This document shows positions 29,513-39,259 of a stretch of 64,000 bases of DNA, piece after piece (within the stretch, counting starts at the first letter, position 1; every line of letters begins with the position of its first letter). Below the pieces are notes generated by a model. That model saw only the letters and a list, made by a program, of their open reading frames with translations, made no database searches and was not told the origin of the DNA. The DNA comes from Rhabdothermincola salaria (GTDB taxonomy: Bacteria; Actinomycetota; Acidimicrobiia; Acidimicrobiales; Acidimicrobilacustridaceae): the NCBI RefSeq assembly GCF_021246445.1, contig NZ_JAJQXW010000001.1, positions 434,001 to 498,000 of the forward strand, written 5' to 3'. Position numbers and translations under genes: made by a program.

Positions 29513-31008
29513 CTCCGCCCACCGCCCCCGACACCGTCGCCGGCGGTGCCCCGGGTCAGGAGCCGTCGCCCCTGCTCGAGCTGCTCGAGGGCTTCATGGG
29601 CGAGCTCCGGGCGGCCGGGTTGCCGGTGAGCCTCACCGAGAACCTCGACGCCATGGAGGCGGTGCGCCACATCCCGCTCGAGGACCGCGACGCCTTCAAG
29701 TACGCGTTGGCCGCCACCCTGGTGAAGAACAACGCCCACTGGCGGGCCTTCGAGACCGTGTTCGAGGTCTACTTCTCGCTGCGGGGCAAGGAGTTCGCCC
29801 TGCGGTCCGACGACACCGCCGAGGGGCCCGATCCCGACGACGACGACACCGCGGGGGCCCTGTCCGACGGGGCCGGCGGCGCCGGGGGAGCGGGTGAGGG
29901 GCTCACCCCTGAAGAGCTCCAGGCCATGCTCTTCCAGGCCCTGAGCCACGGCGACGACCCGCTCATCCGGGCCCTCGCCCGCCAGGCCGTCAAGCGGTTC
30001 GCGGGCATGGAACCGGGGCGTCCGGTGGGCGGCACCTACTACCTGTACCGCACGCTGCGGAACCTCGATCTCGACGACACGCTCGAGAAGCTGATGGACC
30101 AGGCGCGTGACGACTCCCCGCAGCCCCTCACCCCCCTCGAGGAGCGCCTCGAGCGCGACGAGTACGAGAGCCGCATCGATCGCCTCAAGAAGGAGGTCGA
30201 GGCCGAGATCCGCCGGCGCCTGGTGGCCGACCGTGGCCCCGAGGCGATGGCGCGCACCCTGCGCAAACCGCTGCCCGAGGACGTCGACTTCATGCACGCC
30301 AGCCGGGAGGAGCTGACCAGCCTGCGCAAGGCGATCTACCCGCTGACCCGCAAGCTGGCCGTGCGCCTGGCCCGCAAGCGCCGCCACGGCCGCAAGGGAC
30401 CACTCGACTTCCGCAACACGGTGCGCCATTCGCTGAGCTACGGCGGCGTGCCCGCCGAGCCGAAGTTCCGCTACCCGCGCCCGTCCAAGCCGGAGATCTT
30501 CGTCGTCGCCGACATCTCCGGGTCGGTGGCCAGCTTCGCCCGCTTCACCTTGCACCTGGTGTACGCCATCGCCGGGCAGTTCTCGAAGGTGCGCTCGTTC
30601 GTGTTCATCGACGGCATCGACGAGGTCACCCGCTTCTTCGAAGGGGTCGACGACATCGGCGAGGCCGTGCACCGGGTCAACACCGAAGCCGACGTGGTGT
30701 GGGTCGACGGCCACAGCGACTACGGCCACGCCTTCGAGGTGTTCTGGAACAAGTGGGGGCGCGAGATCAGCCCCAAGACCACGGTGATCATCCTGGGCGA
30801 CGCCCGCAACAACTACCACGCCTCGCAGGCCTGGGTGCTCAAGGAGATCGAGAAGAAGGCCCGTCACGTCTACTGGCTGAACCCCGAGCCGGCCTCCTAC
30901 TGGGACACCGGCGACAGCATCGTGGGCGAGTACGGCGTGCACTGCGACGGGGTGTTCGAGTGCCGCAACCTGCGCCAGCTCGAACGCTTCGTCGAGCACC
31001 TGGCCTGA
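29509..31008 (+). CDS. CoxE-like vWA domain protein
   Basis: MIDAS DISGS, LDFRNTVR, ILGDARNNY, YWLNPE, CRNLRQL; GTGA overlap. Confidence 0.92.
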   Translation: MTPPTAPDTVAGGAPGQEPSPLLELLEGFMGELRAAGLPVSLTENLDAMEAVRHIPLEDRDAFKYALAATLVKNNAHWRAFETVFEVYFSLRGKEFALRSDDTAEGPDPDDDDTAGALSDGAGGAGGAGEGLTPEELQAMLFQALSHGDDPLIRALARQAVKRFAGMEPGRPVGGTYYLYRTLRNLDLDDTLEKLMDQARDDSPQPLTPLEERLERDEYESRIDRLKKEVEAEIRRRLVADRGPEAMARTLRKPLPEDVDFMHASREELTSLRKAIYPLTRKLAVRLARKRRHGRKGPLDFRNTVRHSLSYGGVPAEPKFRYPRPSKPEIFVVADISGSVASFARFTLHLVYAIAGQFSKVRSFVFIDGIDEVTRFFEGVDDIGEAVHRVNTEADVVWVDGHSDYGHAFEVFWNKWGREISPKTTVIILGDARNNYHASQAWVLKEIEKKARHVYWLNPEPASYWDTGDSIVGEYGVHCDGVFECRNLRQLERFVEHLA

Positions 31009-31019
31009 CCGCGACCTCG

Positions 31020-32204
31020 ATGTCCGACGCGAGCGATGTGACGGGTCGCGACGAGCTGCTGGTGCGCCTGCACGAGCTCGTCCCCGCTCTCGCGGCTCGC
31101 GCCGGTGAGGCCGAGACGTCGCGGCGCCTGCCCGAGGCCACGATCGACGACCTGCGCGCCACCGGCGTGTTCGCCGCGTTGGTGCCCCGGCGCTACGGCG
31201 GACTGGGCCACGACGTCTCGCTGGTGCCCGAGATCGGACGCGTCCTGGGTGCCGCTGATGTCTCCACCGGCTGGGTGGCCACCTTCTTGGTGATGCACAA
31301 CTGGTTGCTCGCCCAGTTCCCCGAGACCGTGTGCCGGGAGGTCTTCGCCGAGCGCGCCCACGCGCTGGCTCCCGCGGCACTGTCCCCGTCGGGTGCCGCC
31401 CAACGGGTCGAGGGTGGCCTGCGGGTGTCGGGCCGGTGGGGGTGGGGGAGCGGTGTGGCCCACGCCGACCGGATCCTCCTGACCGCGATCGTGGAGGGCT
31501 CCGCCCCGGACCTGCGCATGGTGCTGCTCTCGCCCGACGAGGTGACCGTCGAGGACGTCTGGCACACCGACGGACTCCGCGGCACGGGGAGCAACGACAT
31601 CGTCGTCGAGGGCGTGTTCGTCCCCGACGATCGCACGGTGTCGTTCTTCGACCTCGTCGAGGGCCGCGCTGCCGACCGCAGCGGTCACGACGAGCCGTCG
31701 CTGCGACGGCCCCTGGTCCCGATCCTGGCGCTCACTGCCGCCGCCCCGCTGGTCGGTGGCGGGTTCGGGGCGCTGGACGCGTTCACGGCCCGCCTCCGTG
31801 AGCGGGTGCTCGCCTACTCCCTGGGCGAACGTCAGCAGGACAAGCCCGCGGCCCAGATCCGCCTGGCGGTGGCCGAGGCCGATCTGCGGGCGGCGTCGTT
31901 GTTGATCGACGACGTGTCGGACCGCATCGCCGGCAGCTACGGAACCGGCGGTTCGCTCGACGCCGCCGAACGGTCGGCGCTGCGCATGGCCGCCGCCCAT
32001 GCCGTACACCTGGCCAAGGACGCGGTGAGGAGCCTGGCCGACGCCGCCGGGGGGTCGGCCCACTTCCTCGACCAGCCGATGCAGCGGTTCCTGCGTGATC
32101 TCACCATCGGCTCGAGCCATGCGGTGTTCGACCACGATCGGGCCGCCGAGACCAGGGGCCGGATCATGGCCGGATTCGAACCCGGCCCCACCGACATGGT
32201 CTGA
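31020..32204 (+). CDS. Flavin-dependent monooxygenase, acyl-CoA dehydrogenase fold (HsaA-like)
   Basis: VPRRYGG, STGWV, GRWGWGSGVAHAD, DVWHTDGLRGTGSND, QRFLRD. Confidence 0.85.
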   Translation: MSDASDVTGRDELLVRLHELVPALAARAGEAETSRRLPEATIDDLRATGVFAALVPRRYGGLGHDVSLVPEIGRVLGAADVSTGWVATFLVMHNWLLAQFPETVCREVFAERAHALAPAALSPSGAAQRVEGGLRVSGRWGWGSGVAHADRILLTAIVEGSAPDLRMVLLSPDEVTVEDVWHTDGLRGTGSNDIVVEGVFVPDDRTVSFFDLVEGRAADRSGHDEPSLRRPLVPILALTAAAPLVGGGFGALDAFTARLRERVLAYSLGERQQDKPAAQIRLAVAEADLRAASLLIDDVSDRIAGSYGTGGSLDAAERSALRMAAAHAVHLAKDAVRSLADAAGGSAHFLDQPMQRFLRDLTIGSSHAVFDHDRAAETRGRIMAGFEPGPTDMV

Positions 32205-32213
32205 GTCCGGCCC

Positions 32214-33161
32214 CTACCTCAAGCTGAGCAGGAGGTCGTCCCAGGGGGCGAAGAGCTGGGGGGCGTCGTGGGCCTCGCGGAGCAGCACGCCGAGGCGGCG
32301 GCAGGTGATGAGCAGCTCGCGGGCCTGGCGGCCCGGCCAGGGGCGGGGGAGCAGCTCGGGGGGCAGGAGCGGGTCGTGGTTGAAGCACTCCTGGAAGTCG
32401 ATGCCCATGGCCAGGCTCCCGGGGAGGAACTCGGCCTCGGTGAGGCGGCGCTTGTCCTTGCGCCACTGCTCGAGCATCGGCGGCACGCCCTGGTAGGTGG
32501 TCACGAAGCCCTCGTAGCGCCGGGCCAGCTCGTCGAGGGGCCAGAGCCTCGCCGCGATGGCCTTGGGGTCGGTGGCGCCGCCCACCTCGAGGTCGTCGGT
32601 GGAGGCGAGGGTCACGTGGTCGTCGACCTCGAGGTGGGCGACCGTGCGCCGCACGTCGTCCTCCCAGGCGTGAGGTGAGACGTAGAGGCCGTTGTGCACG
32701 GCCGCCCCACCGAGGTCGAGGAGGTGGTCGCGCAGGGCGTCGCGGGCGCTGCGCCGGGCCTCGGGCACGGCGAAGGCCACGAGGTGCCAGTTGCGGTCCC
32801 ACCCGCGTCCGGCCGCGTCCTGGGCGAAGGCCAGGCGGGTGCGCTCCATCGATGCGGCCATGGCCCGCAGCCCGGCCGACGTGGCCCGGAACGAGGCGTC
32901 GCGACCCTCGCCCTCGCGCTCGAACAGGCCCTCGGCGACCAGGCGGCGCAGGCAGGAGCGCACCTGCTCGACGCTCTGGCCCGACGCTTCGGCCACCGGG
33001 TGGATGTCGGCCGCGTGCAGGGTGCCGTCCTTGCGCACCATGCCCAGCACCAGCACCCGGGTGGGGATCTCGGTGTCGCTGCCGAACGGCGTGGGGCGGT
33101 GAGGCGGCTGCTCGCCGGACTCGTCGGACGCCTCGGTCCGGGGGCTGGTCGGAGTCGTCAC
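32214..33161 (-). CDS. PaaX family transcriptional regulator
   Basis: VRSCLRRLVAEG, WDRNWHLVAFAVPEARRSARDALR, WPLDEL, DPLLPPELLPRPWPG; start approximate. Confidence 0.88.
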   Translation of the reverse strand: MTTPTSPRTEASDESGEQPPHRPTPFGSDTEIPTRVLVLGMVRKDGTLHAADIHPVAEASGQSVEQVRSCLRRLVAEGLFEREGEGRDASFRATSAGLRAMAASMERTRLAFAQDAAGRGWDRNWHLVAFAVPEARRSARDALRDHLLDLGGAAVHNGLYVSPHAWEDDVRRTVAHLEVDDHVTLASTDDLEVGGATDPKAIAARLWPLDELARRYEGFVTTYQGVPPMLEQWRKDKRRLTEAEFLPGSLAMGIDFQECFNHDPLLPPELLPRPWPGRQARELLITCRRLGVLLREAHDAPQLFAPWDDLLLSLR

Positions 33162-33226
33162 GGCCGTAGTCAACCCCGACCGGCAGGGTTCCCGCAATCT
33201 GGTCGGATCCGAGGACGTCTGCCTGC

Positions 33227-33910
33227 TCACATGGTGTGCAGGCCGCACTCCGTCTTGGCTCGTCCGACCCAGCGGCCCGAGCGGGGGTCGTCGGGGTCGA
33301 GGGGCTTCTGGGTGCAGGGCTGGCACCCGATCGACGGGTACCCCTGGTGCAGCAGCGGGTTGACGATGACGTCGTGGTCGTCGATGTAGCCCTGCACGTC
33401 GAGGTCGCTCCAGGTGGCGATGGGGTTCACCTTGATGAGCCCCCGCAGGTCGCGCGCCACGATGGGGGCGCGCACCCGGCTGTCGGCCTCGGCCCGGCGC
33501 AGGCCGCTCATCCAGGCCGCCTTGCCGGCCAGGGCCCGGTCGAGCTGGCCGACCTTCACGGCCGAGCAGCAGTTCTCCGGGTCGGCCTGCCACAGCGGCT
33601 CGTTCTGGCGTTCGACGGTCATGATGCGCAGGTTCAGCCCGTAGCGTCGGCGTACCGCCTCGACGGTCTCGAGCGTCTCGGGGAAGTGGTAGCCGGTGTC
33701 GATGAACACGACCTCGATGGCCGGGTCGACCTTGACGGCGAGGTCGATGAGCACCCCGTCGGTCATCGACGCGGTGAGGGCGAGGTGGGGGGCGAAGTTC
33801 TCGACCGCCCACTCGATGACCTGGCTGGCCGACCAGGTCTCGAAGCGGTGGCTGAGCTCGGCGAGGTCGGCGTCGGAGAACCCCGGCGAGGACAGGTTGG
33901 TCAAGCTCAC
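33227..33910 (-). CDS. cysH: APS/PAPS reductase (Fe-S type APS reductase)
   Basis: FIDTGYHFPET, CC (ENCC), SGLRR, GYPSIGCQPCT, RSGRW, KTECGLH. Confidence 0.93.
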   Translation of the reverse strand: MSLTNLSSPGFSDADLAELSHRFETWSASQVIEWAVENFAPHLALTASMTDGVLIDLAVKVDPAIEVVFIDTGYHFPETLETVEAVRRRYGLNLRIMTVERQNEPLWQADPENCCSAVKVGQLDRALAGKAAWMSGLRRAEADSRVRAPIVARDLRGLIKVNPIATWSDLDVQGYIDDHDVIVNPLLHQGYPSIGCQPCTQKPLDPDDPRSGRWVGRAKTECGLHTM

Positions 33911-35676
33911 GTGGCGCACTCCGACGCACCCACCTCGGCCACGTAGGGGCCGGTCTCGTCGTAGTCGACGAAGAAGTCGGGGTTCTCCTCGGGCTTGGGG
34001 AAGTGGTCGAGGTCCTTCAGCTCGGCCGCCAGGGCCTTGGTGCCGCCGTTGCGGTCGATCCACTGGCGGAACGTCTCGCCCGCCTCGCGCTCGCCGGCGA
34101 AGCGGCGGACCACCCGCACGGTCGCCTCGGGCGCGGCCTTGGCCGGCACACGCAGGGCCTTCTCGCCGAAGTGGATCTGCTCGTCGCCGACGTAGCCGCC
34201 GAGCAGCATCTGGTAGCCGGGAGCGGACTTGCCGTGGGCCCGGCGCTCGGCGCCGTTGAAGCCGATGTCGGCGACGTGGTGCTGGCCGCACGAGTTGGTG
34301 CAGCCGGAGATGTTGATGCGCAGCCCGCCGACCTCGGCCAGCCCCTCGGCCTCGAGGGCCTGGGCGATCGCGTCGGCGAGGCCGCGGCTCTGGGTGACGG
34401 CGAGGTTGCAGGTGTCGGCCCCGGGGCAGGCCACGACGTCGCGGACCAGCTCGGCGCCAGGGGCGGCCATCCCGATGGCGTCGAGGCGGGCGTGGAGGGT
34501 CGGCAGCTGCCGGTCCGAGAGGCCGCGGAACACGAAGTTCTGCCGGTTGGTGATGCGGACCTCGGCGCCGAGCTCGCGCTGGACGGCGGCGAGGCCGCGG
34601 AACTGCTCGGAGGTGATGTCGCCGAGGTGGGCGTGGGCGTAGGCCGAGACGGTGCCGTTGGCGACGCCGCGCACGACGTTGGCGTCCTCCCACTGCTCGT
34701 AGGCGCCGGTGCGGCGCAACGAGACGGGGGTGCCGTGGCCCATCGGGGTGGCGGCGACGTCGGCGGCCACGCCTGCGGGGGCGTCGCCCGCCTTCTCGAC
34801 CTCGGTGGGGATGCCGCCGGGCCACGACGAGGAGGCCAGCAGCAGGTGACGGGATGCGAACACCCGCCGCTGCAGCTCCTCGAAGCCGAGCGTGTCGACC
34901 AGCCACTTCATGCGGGCCCGCAGCTTGTTGTCGCGGTTGCCGGTCTGGTCGAAGACCCGTAGGAGGGCCTCGATGGTGGGCAGCAGGTCCTCGCGGGCGG
35001 TGAAGGGCTCGAGGGCGAGGGCCGGGTGGGGGTTGGCGCCCAAGCCGCCGGCGACGTACACGCGGAAACCGGCTTCGACCCGACCGTCGTCGTGGGTCCG
35101 GGTCGTGGCGATGACGCCCACGTCGTTGAACATGGCCTGCCCGCAGTCGGTGCTGCACCCCGAGAAGTTGATCTTGAACTTGCGGGGGAGGCGCTGGGCG
35201 ATGGGGTTGCGCAGGAAGTGCTGGAAGGCGGCCTCGGCCCAGGGGGTGATGTCGAGCACCTCGAAGGGGCACGCTCCGGCCAGGTGGCAGCCCTGCACGT
35301 TGCGCACGGTGTCGCCGCAGGCCTCCCGAGTGGTCATGCCCACGGCCGCCAGGTCGCGCAGCACGTCGGGGATGCGTTCGAGCTGGACGTAGTGGAACTG
35401 CACGTTCTGGCGGGTGGTGAGGTGGCCCCAGCCCCGCGAGTAGCGATCGGCGATGTCGCCCATCCGGTCGAGCTGCTCGGCGGTGATCACCCCGCTGGGG
35501 GCCTTGACGCGCACCATCTGGTTGTGGCCGCCCTGGCGTTGGCCGTAGATGCCGTTGTTGAGGCGGAAGACACGGAAGACGTCCTCGGCGAGGTCTCCGT
35601 TGAGGTAGCGCTCCAGCTGGGCCTCGAACTTGGCGATGTCGGCTGCGGTTCCTGCGTCGATCGTGAGATCGCCCAT
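33907..35676 (-). CDS. Siroheme sulfite/nitrite reductase
   Basis: FRLNNGIYGQRQ, HLTTRQNVQ, LPRKFKI, Cx5C...Cx3C motifs; coupled to cysH; RBS AAGGA. Confidence 0.92.
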   Translation of the reverse strand: MGDLTIDAGTAADIAKFEAQLERYLNGDLAEDVFRVFRLNNGIYGQRQGGHNQMVRVKAPSGVITAEQLDRMGDIADRYSRGWGHLTTRQNVQFHYVQLERIPDVLRDLAAVGMTTREACGDTVRNVQGCHLAGACPFEVLDITPWAEAAFQHFLRNPIAQRLPRKFKINFSGCSTDCGQAMFNDVGVIATTRTHDDGRVEAGFRVYVAGGLGANPHPALALEPFTAREDLLPTIEALLRVFDQTGNRDNKLRARMKWLVDTLGFEELQRRVFASRHLLLASSSWPGGIPTEVEKAGDAPAGVAADVAATPMGHGTPVSLRRTGAYEQWEDANVVRGVANGTVSAYAHAHLGDITSEQFRGLAAVQRELGAEVRITNRQNFVFRGLSDRQLPTLHARLDAIGMAAPGAELVRDVVACPGADTCNLAVTQSRGLADAIAQALEAEGLAEVGGLRINISGCTNSCGQHHVADIGFNGAERRAHGKSAPGYQMLLGGYVGDEQIHFGEKALRVPAKAAPEATVRVVRRFAGEREAGETFRQWIDRNGGTKALAAELKDLDHFPKPEENPDFFVDYDETGPYVAEVGASECAT

Positions 35677-35708
35677 GTCGTCCTTCCCCGTCCCCCGCGG
35701 GAGACCTG

Positions 35709-35776
35709 AATCCTGACGTGCCAGGTCGGGAATGTACTCGGGTCGGGGCCAAAAGGCGACTGTTCCGATCGGAATT
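35709..35776. promoter_or_regulatory. Two Rrf2 (IscR/CymR)-like operator candidates
   Basis: AATCCTGAC-N7-GTCGGGAAT (35709-35733) and AAAGGCGAC-N7-ATCGGAATT (35752-35776); AT-rich for this genome. Confidence 0.5.
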
Positions 35777-35871
35777 TGCGAGAATACCCGGTGGGGTATG
35801 GCGCCTGGGTCCGACGGCCCCTTGGGTCGTTTCCCGCTCAAGGACGCCGCCGGGGTGGCCGACACGTCGGT

Positions 35872-37815
35872 GTGAGCACGTCCGCGAGCACCCCTGCGAT
35901 CTCCCCGCCGCCCGGCGTGCCGGTGCGCCCCGGGGAACGGGGCGTGGGCGTGCGCGCCCGTCAGGTCCTCGCCGTGCTGGCCCTGCTGCTCGGGGGTGCC
36001 TACCTGGTGTGGCGCGTCGGCTGGACCGGCGACGGCGCCCTGGTGTGGACCTTCTGGCTGCTGGTGGCGGCCGAGGCCTTCGGGTGGCTCAGCCTCGCCC
36101 TCTACGCCTTCATGGCCTGGAAGGTCCCCGAGACGGTGCGGCCGGCCATCGTCAGCCCCCGGACGGTGGACGTCTTCGTCACCACCTACGACGAGTCGGT
36201 GCCCGTGGTGCACGCCACCCTGGTCGGCTGCCGCGCCATCCGCCACCCCCACACCACCTGGCTCCTCGACGACGGACGCCGCCCCGAGATGGAGGCCCTC
36301 GCCGAGTCGATGGGGGCCCGCTACCTGACGCGGGCGGACAACGCCCACGCCAAGGCCGGCAACATCAACGCCGCGCTCACCCGCACCGAGGGCGACCTGA
36401 TCCTGACCCTCGACGCCGACCACGTGCCCTTCCCCGACATCCTCGACGCCACCGTCGGCTACTTCGAGGACGAGTCCGTCGCCCTGGTGCAGACCCCTCA
36501 CGACTTCGCCAACCGCGACTCGATGCAGCACACCCGCCCGGACCGCCACGAGCAGAGCCTCTTCTACGAGGTCATCGCGCCCGGCAAGGGACGTCACGGG
36601 GCCGCCTTCTGGTGTGGGTCGGCGACCGTCATCCGTCGAGCTGCCCTCGAAGAGGTCGGCGGAGTGCAGACCGAGACCGTCGCCGAGGACTTCCACACCA
36701 CCCTCGCCATGCACGCCGCCGGGTGGTCCACCCGTTACCACCACGAGACGCTGGTGCAGGGCCTGGCCCCCCACGACCTCGCCGGCTTCCTGTTGCAGCG
36801 CGACCGCTGGGCCCGAGGCAACCTCCGGGTCTTCCGCACCCGGGAGAACCCGGTCACGTGCCCCAACCTCACCGTGAAGCAGCGCCTCAGCTACACCGCC
36901 TCGCTGCTCAACTACTTCTCCGCCTACCAGCGCCTGGCCCTGCTGGTCGTCCTGATCGTCACCCTCGTCTCGGGCCGCTTGCCCCTGCACGCCGACCCCG
37001 TCGCCCTGCTGGCGCTGTGGCTGCCGTGGACGGTCGCCGCCTTCGCCAGCACCCTGGCGCTGGGGCGAGGACGCCTCGGGCCGCTCGACGCATCGCGCTA
37101 CGGGTTGTTGACCATGGCCATCTTCGCCCGCGCCGCCGGCGTGCTGTTCACCCGCAAGGTCGGCACCTTCAAGGTCACCCCCAAGGAGGGCACCGACGCC
37201 GGCGGCGTCGAGGTCCTGCGCGCCGCGAAGATGGTCGTGGCCTTCGCCGCCGTGCTGGCGGTGGCGGTGGTGGCCCGCGCCGTCGCCGCCGTCGGCTGGC
37301 TGGGCCTGCCGCCTCTCGTCGGGTTCGCCCTCTGGGTCACGCTGGCCCTCGGTGCCTACGAGCTGTGGGTCATGCTGTGGACGCTCGGTCCCCTCGTCCG
37401 CCGCCGCCAGCTGCGCCACGACTACCGCTACCCCGTGCAGCTGTCGGGCCGCGTCGACGGCGGACTGGTGCGGGTGCGCGACCTCAGCACCAAGGGCGCC
37501 GGGCTCGACGGCCTCGTCGACCGCCGGGTCGGCGACATCATCGAGCTGCGGCTGTGGTTGCCCGACAGCACCGGCACGGTCCGCGAGAACGTGCTGGTGG
37601 GCCTGGTGCGGTCGCGCCGCACGGTCGACGGCCACATGACCGGCGTCGGGGTCATGTTCGACGACCTCGATCGGGTGACCCGGGACCGGCTGGTCGAGTA
37701 CCTGGCGGTGGTGCGCGGCGCCGAGGTGGCTCGCCGGGGGTCGCCCGTGGAGGCGCCGGCGTCGCCGACGGGCGAGGCCTCGGCCGAACCCACGAGGTTT
37801 CCGCGGGCGGTCTGA
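35872..37815 (+). CDS. BcsA-like GT2 processive glycosyltransferase with C-terminal PilZ domain
   Basis: DDG, HAKAGNIN, DAD, VQTPH, FWCGS, AED, QRDRW, FKVTPK; PilZ RHDYR and DLSTKG. Confidence 0.9.
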   Translation: MSTSASTPAISPPPGVPVRPGERGVGVRARQVLAVLALLLGGAYLVWRVGWTGDGALVWTFWLLVAAEAFGWLSLALYAFMAWKVPETVRPAIVSPRTVDVFVTTYDESVPVVHATLVGCRAIRHPHTTWLLDDGRRPEMEALAESMGARYLTRADNAHAKAGNINAALTRTEGDLILTLDADHVPFPDILDATVGYFEDESVALVQTPHDFANRDSMQHTRPDRHEQSLFYEVIAPGKGRHGAAFWCGSATVIRRAALEEVGGVQTETVAEDFHTTLAMHAAGWSTRYHHETLVQGLAPHDLAGFLLQRDRWARGNLRVFRTRENPVTCPNLTVKQRLSYTASLLNYFSAYQRLALLVVLIVTLVSGRLPLHADPVALLALWLPWTVAAFASTLALGRGRLGPLDASRYGLLTMAIFARAAGVLFTRKVGTFKVTPKEGTDAGGVEVLRAAKMVVAFAAVLAVAVVARAVAAVGWLGLPPLVGFALWVTLALGAYELWVMLWTLGPLVRRRQLRHDYRYPVQLSGRVDGGLVRVRDLSTKGAGLDGLVDRRVGDIIELRLWLPDSTGTVRENVLVGLVRSRRTVDGHMTGVGVMFDDLDRVTRDRLVEYLAVVRGAEVARRGSPVEAPASPTGEASAEPTRFPRAV

Positions 37816-37851
37816 GCTGGGTCCGGCGTCCGCGGCCGACCCGGCAGGCGC

Positions 37852-39195
37852 TCAGCGCCGCAGCAGCTCCGACACCCGGAAGGCCAGATCGAGCGACTGG
37901 CGGGCGTTGAGCCGCGGATCGCACATGGTCTCGTAGCGGGTGCCGAGATCGGCGTCGAGGATCTCCTCGGCTCCGCCCAGGCACTCGGTGACGTCGTCAC
38001 CGGTGAGCTCGATGTGCACGCCGCCCGGCCAGGTGCCCACCTGCTCGTGGGCCCGGAAGAAGCCGGCGATCTCGGCCAGGACGGCATCGAAGTGGCGGGT
38101 CTTGCGGCCGCTCGGCGCGGTGAAGGTGTTGCCGTGCATGGGGTCGCAGGCCCAGGCCACGGGGTGGCCGGACTCCTGCACCGCCCGCAGCATGGGCGGC
38201 AGCGCCGTCTCGACGGTGTCGGCGCCCATGCGGCTGATGAGGGTGAGCCGCCCCGGGATCTTCTCGGGGTTGAGGGCCTCGCACAGCGCCACGACGTCGT
38301 CGGGGGTGGCGGAGGGGCCCACCTTGCAGCCGACGGGGTTGCGCACCCCCGAGAGGAAGTGGACGTGGGCGCCGTCGAGCTGACGGGTGCGCTCACCGAT
38401 CCAGAGCATGTGCGCCGAGCAGTCGTACCACTCGCCCGTGAGCGAGTCCTGGCGGGTGAGCGCCTCCTCGTAGCCCAGGATCAGAGCTTCGTGGCTGGTG
38501 GCGATGTCGGTGGTGTGCAGCTGCGGGGTGGCTTCGGTGTCGATGCCGCACGCGGCCATGAAGCGCAGGGCCCGTTCGATGCCGGCGGCCACCAGCTCGT
38601 AACGCTGGCCCTCGGCGCTCGAGGCCACGAACTCCTGGTTCCAGGCGTGCACCCTGGTGAGGTCGGCGAAGCCGCCCTTGGTGAAGGCCCGCAGCAGGTT
38701 GAGGGTGGACGCCGACTGGTTGTAGGCGGTGATGAGCCGCTCGGGGTCGGCCCCCCGCGCCGCGGCGCTGAAGGTGATGTCGTTGACCATGTGGCCCCGG
38801 AACGACGGCAGCTCGAGGCCCTCGACGGTCTCGGTGCCCGACGAGCGGGGTTTGGCGAACTGCCCGGCGATGCGGCCCACCTTCACCAGGGGGACCCCGG
38901 CGGAGTACGTGAGCACGACGGCCATCTGGAGGATGACCTTGAGCTTGTCGCGGATGGCGTCGGCGGAGAAGGCGTCGAAGGACTCGGCGCAGTCGCCGGC
39001 CTGGAGCAGGAAGGCCTCGCCGGCGGCCACCTTGGCCAGGTCGTCGGTGAGGCTCCGGGCCTCGCCGGCGAACACCAGCGGCGGCAGCGTCGACAGCGTC
39101 TTGACGACCGCGTCGAGCGCGGCCGGATCAGGCCAGTCGGGCTGCTGGACCGCCGGGAACTGGCGCCAGGACGAAGGGGACCACGTGGTGCTCAC
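37852..39195 (-). CDS. Class II DAHP synthase
   Basis: QQPDW, GDCAESF, GRIAGQFAKPRS, WIGERTRQ, CDPMHGNT, CDPRLN. Confidence 0.96.
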   Translation of the reverse strand: MSTTWSPSSWRQFPAVQQPDWPDPAALDAVVKTLSTLPPLVFAGEARSLTDDLAKVAAGEAFLLQAGDCAESFDAFSADAIRDKLKVILQMAVVLTYSAGVPLVKVGRIAGQFAKPRSSGTETVEGLELPSFRGHMVNDITFSAAARGADPERLITAYNQSASTLNLLRAFTKGGFADLTRVHAWNQEFVASSAEGQRYELVAAGIERALRFMAACGIDTEATPQLHTTDIATSHEALILGYEEALTRQDSLTGEWYDCSAHMLWIGERTRQLDGAHVHFLSGVRNPVGCKVGPSATPDDVVALCEALNPEKIPGRLTLISRMGADTVETALPPMLRAVQESGHPVAWACDPMHGNTFTAPSGRKTRHFDAVLAEIAGFFRAHEQVGTWPGGVHIELTGDDVTECLGGAEEILDADLGTRYETMCDPRLNARQSLDLAFRVSELLRR

Positions 39196-39259
39196 GGGTC
39201 AACGTTGCCGGACGGCGAGGCCGGGGCGCAAAGCCGTTTCCTCTGGCGAGGCCACCGGG

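Noticed and set aside
35677..35871. SAM riboswitch upstream of the sulfur genes
   Set aside because: No SAM-I/IV consensus (ATC..GAG, GCAACC, GGTGC) recognisable on the minus strand
35677..37635. N-terminal 650-aa extension of the sulfite reductase (1242-aa ORF)
   Set aside because: Antisense to the BcsA-like gene; the real start is ATG 35676 with an RBS
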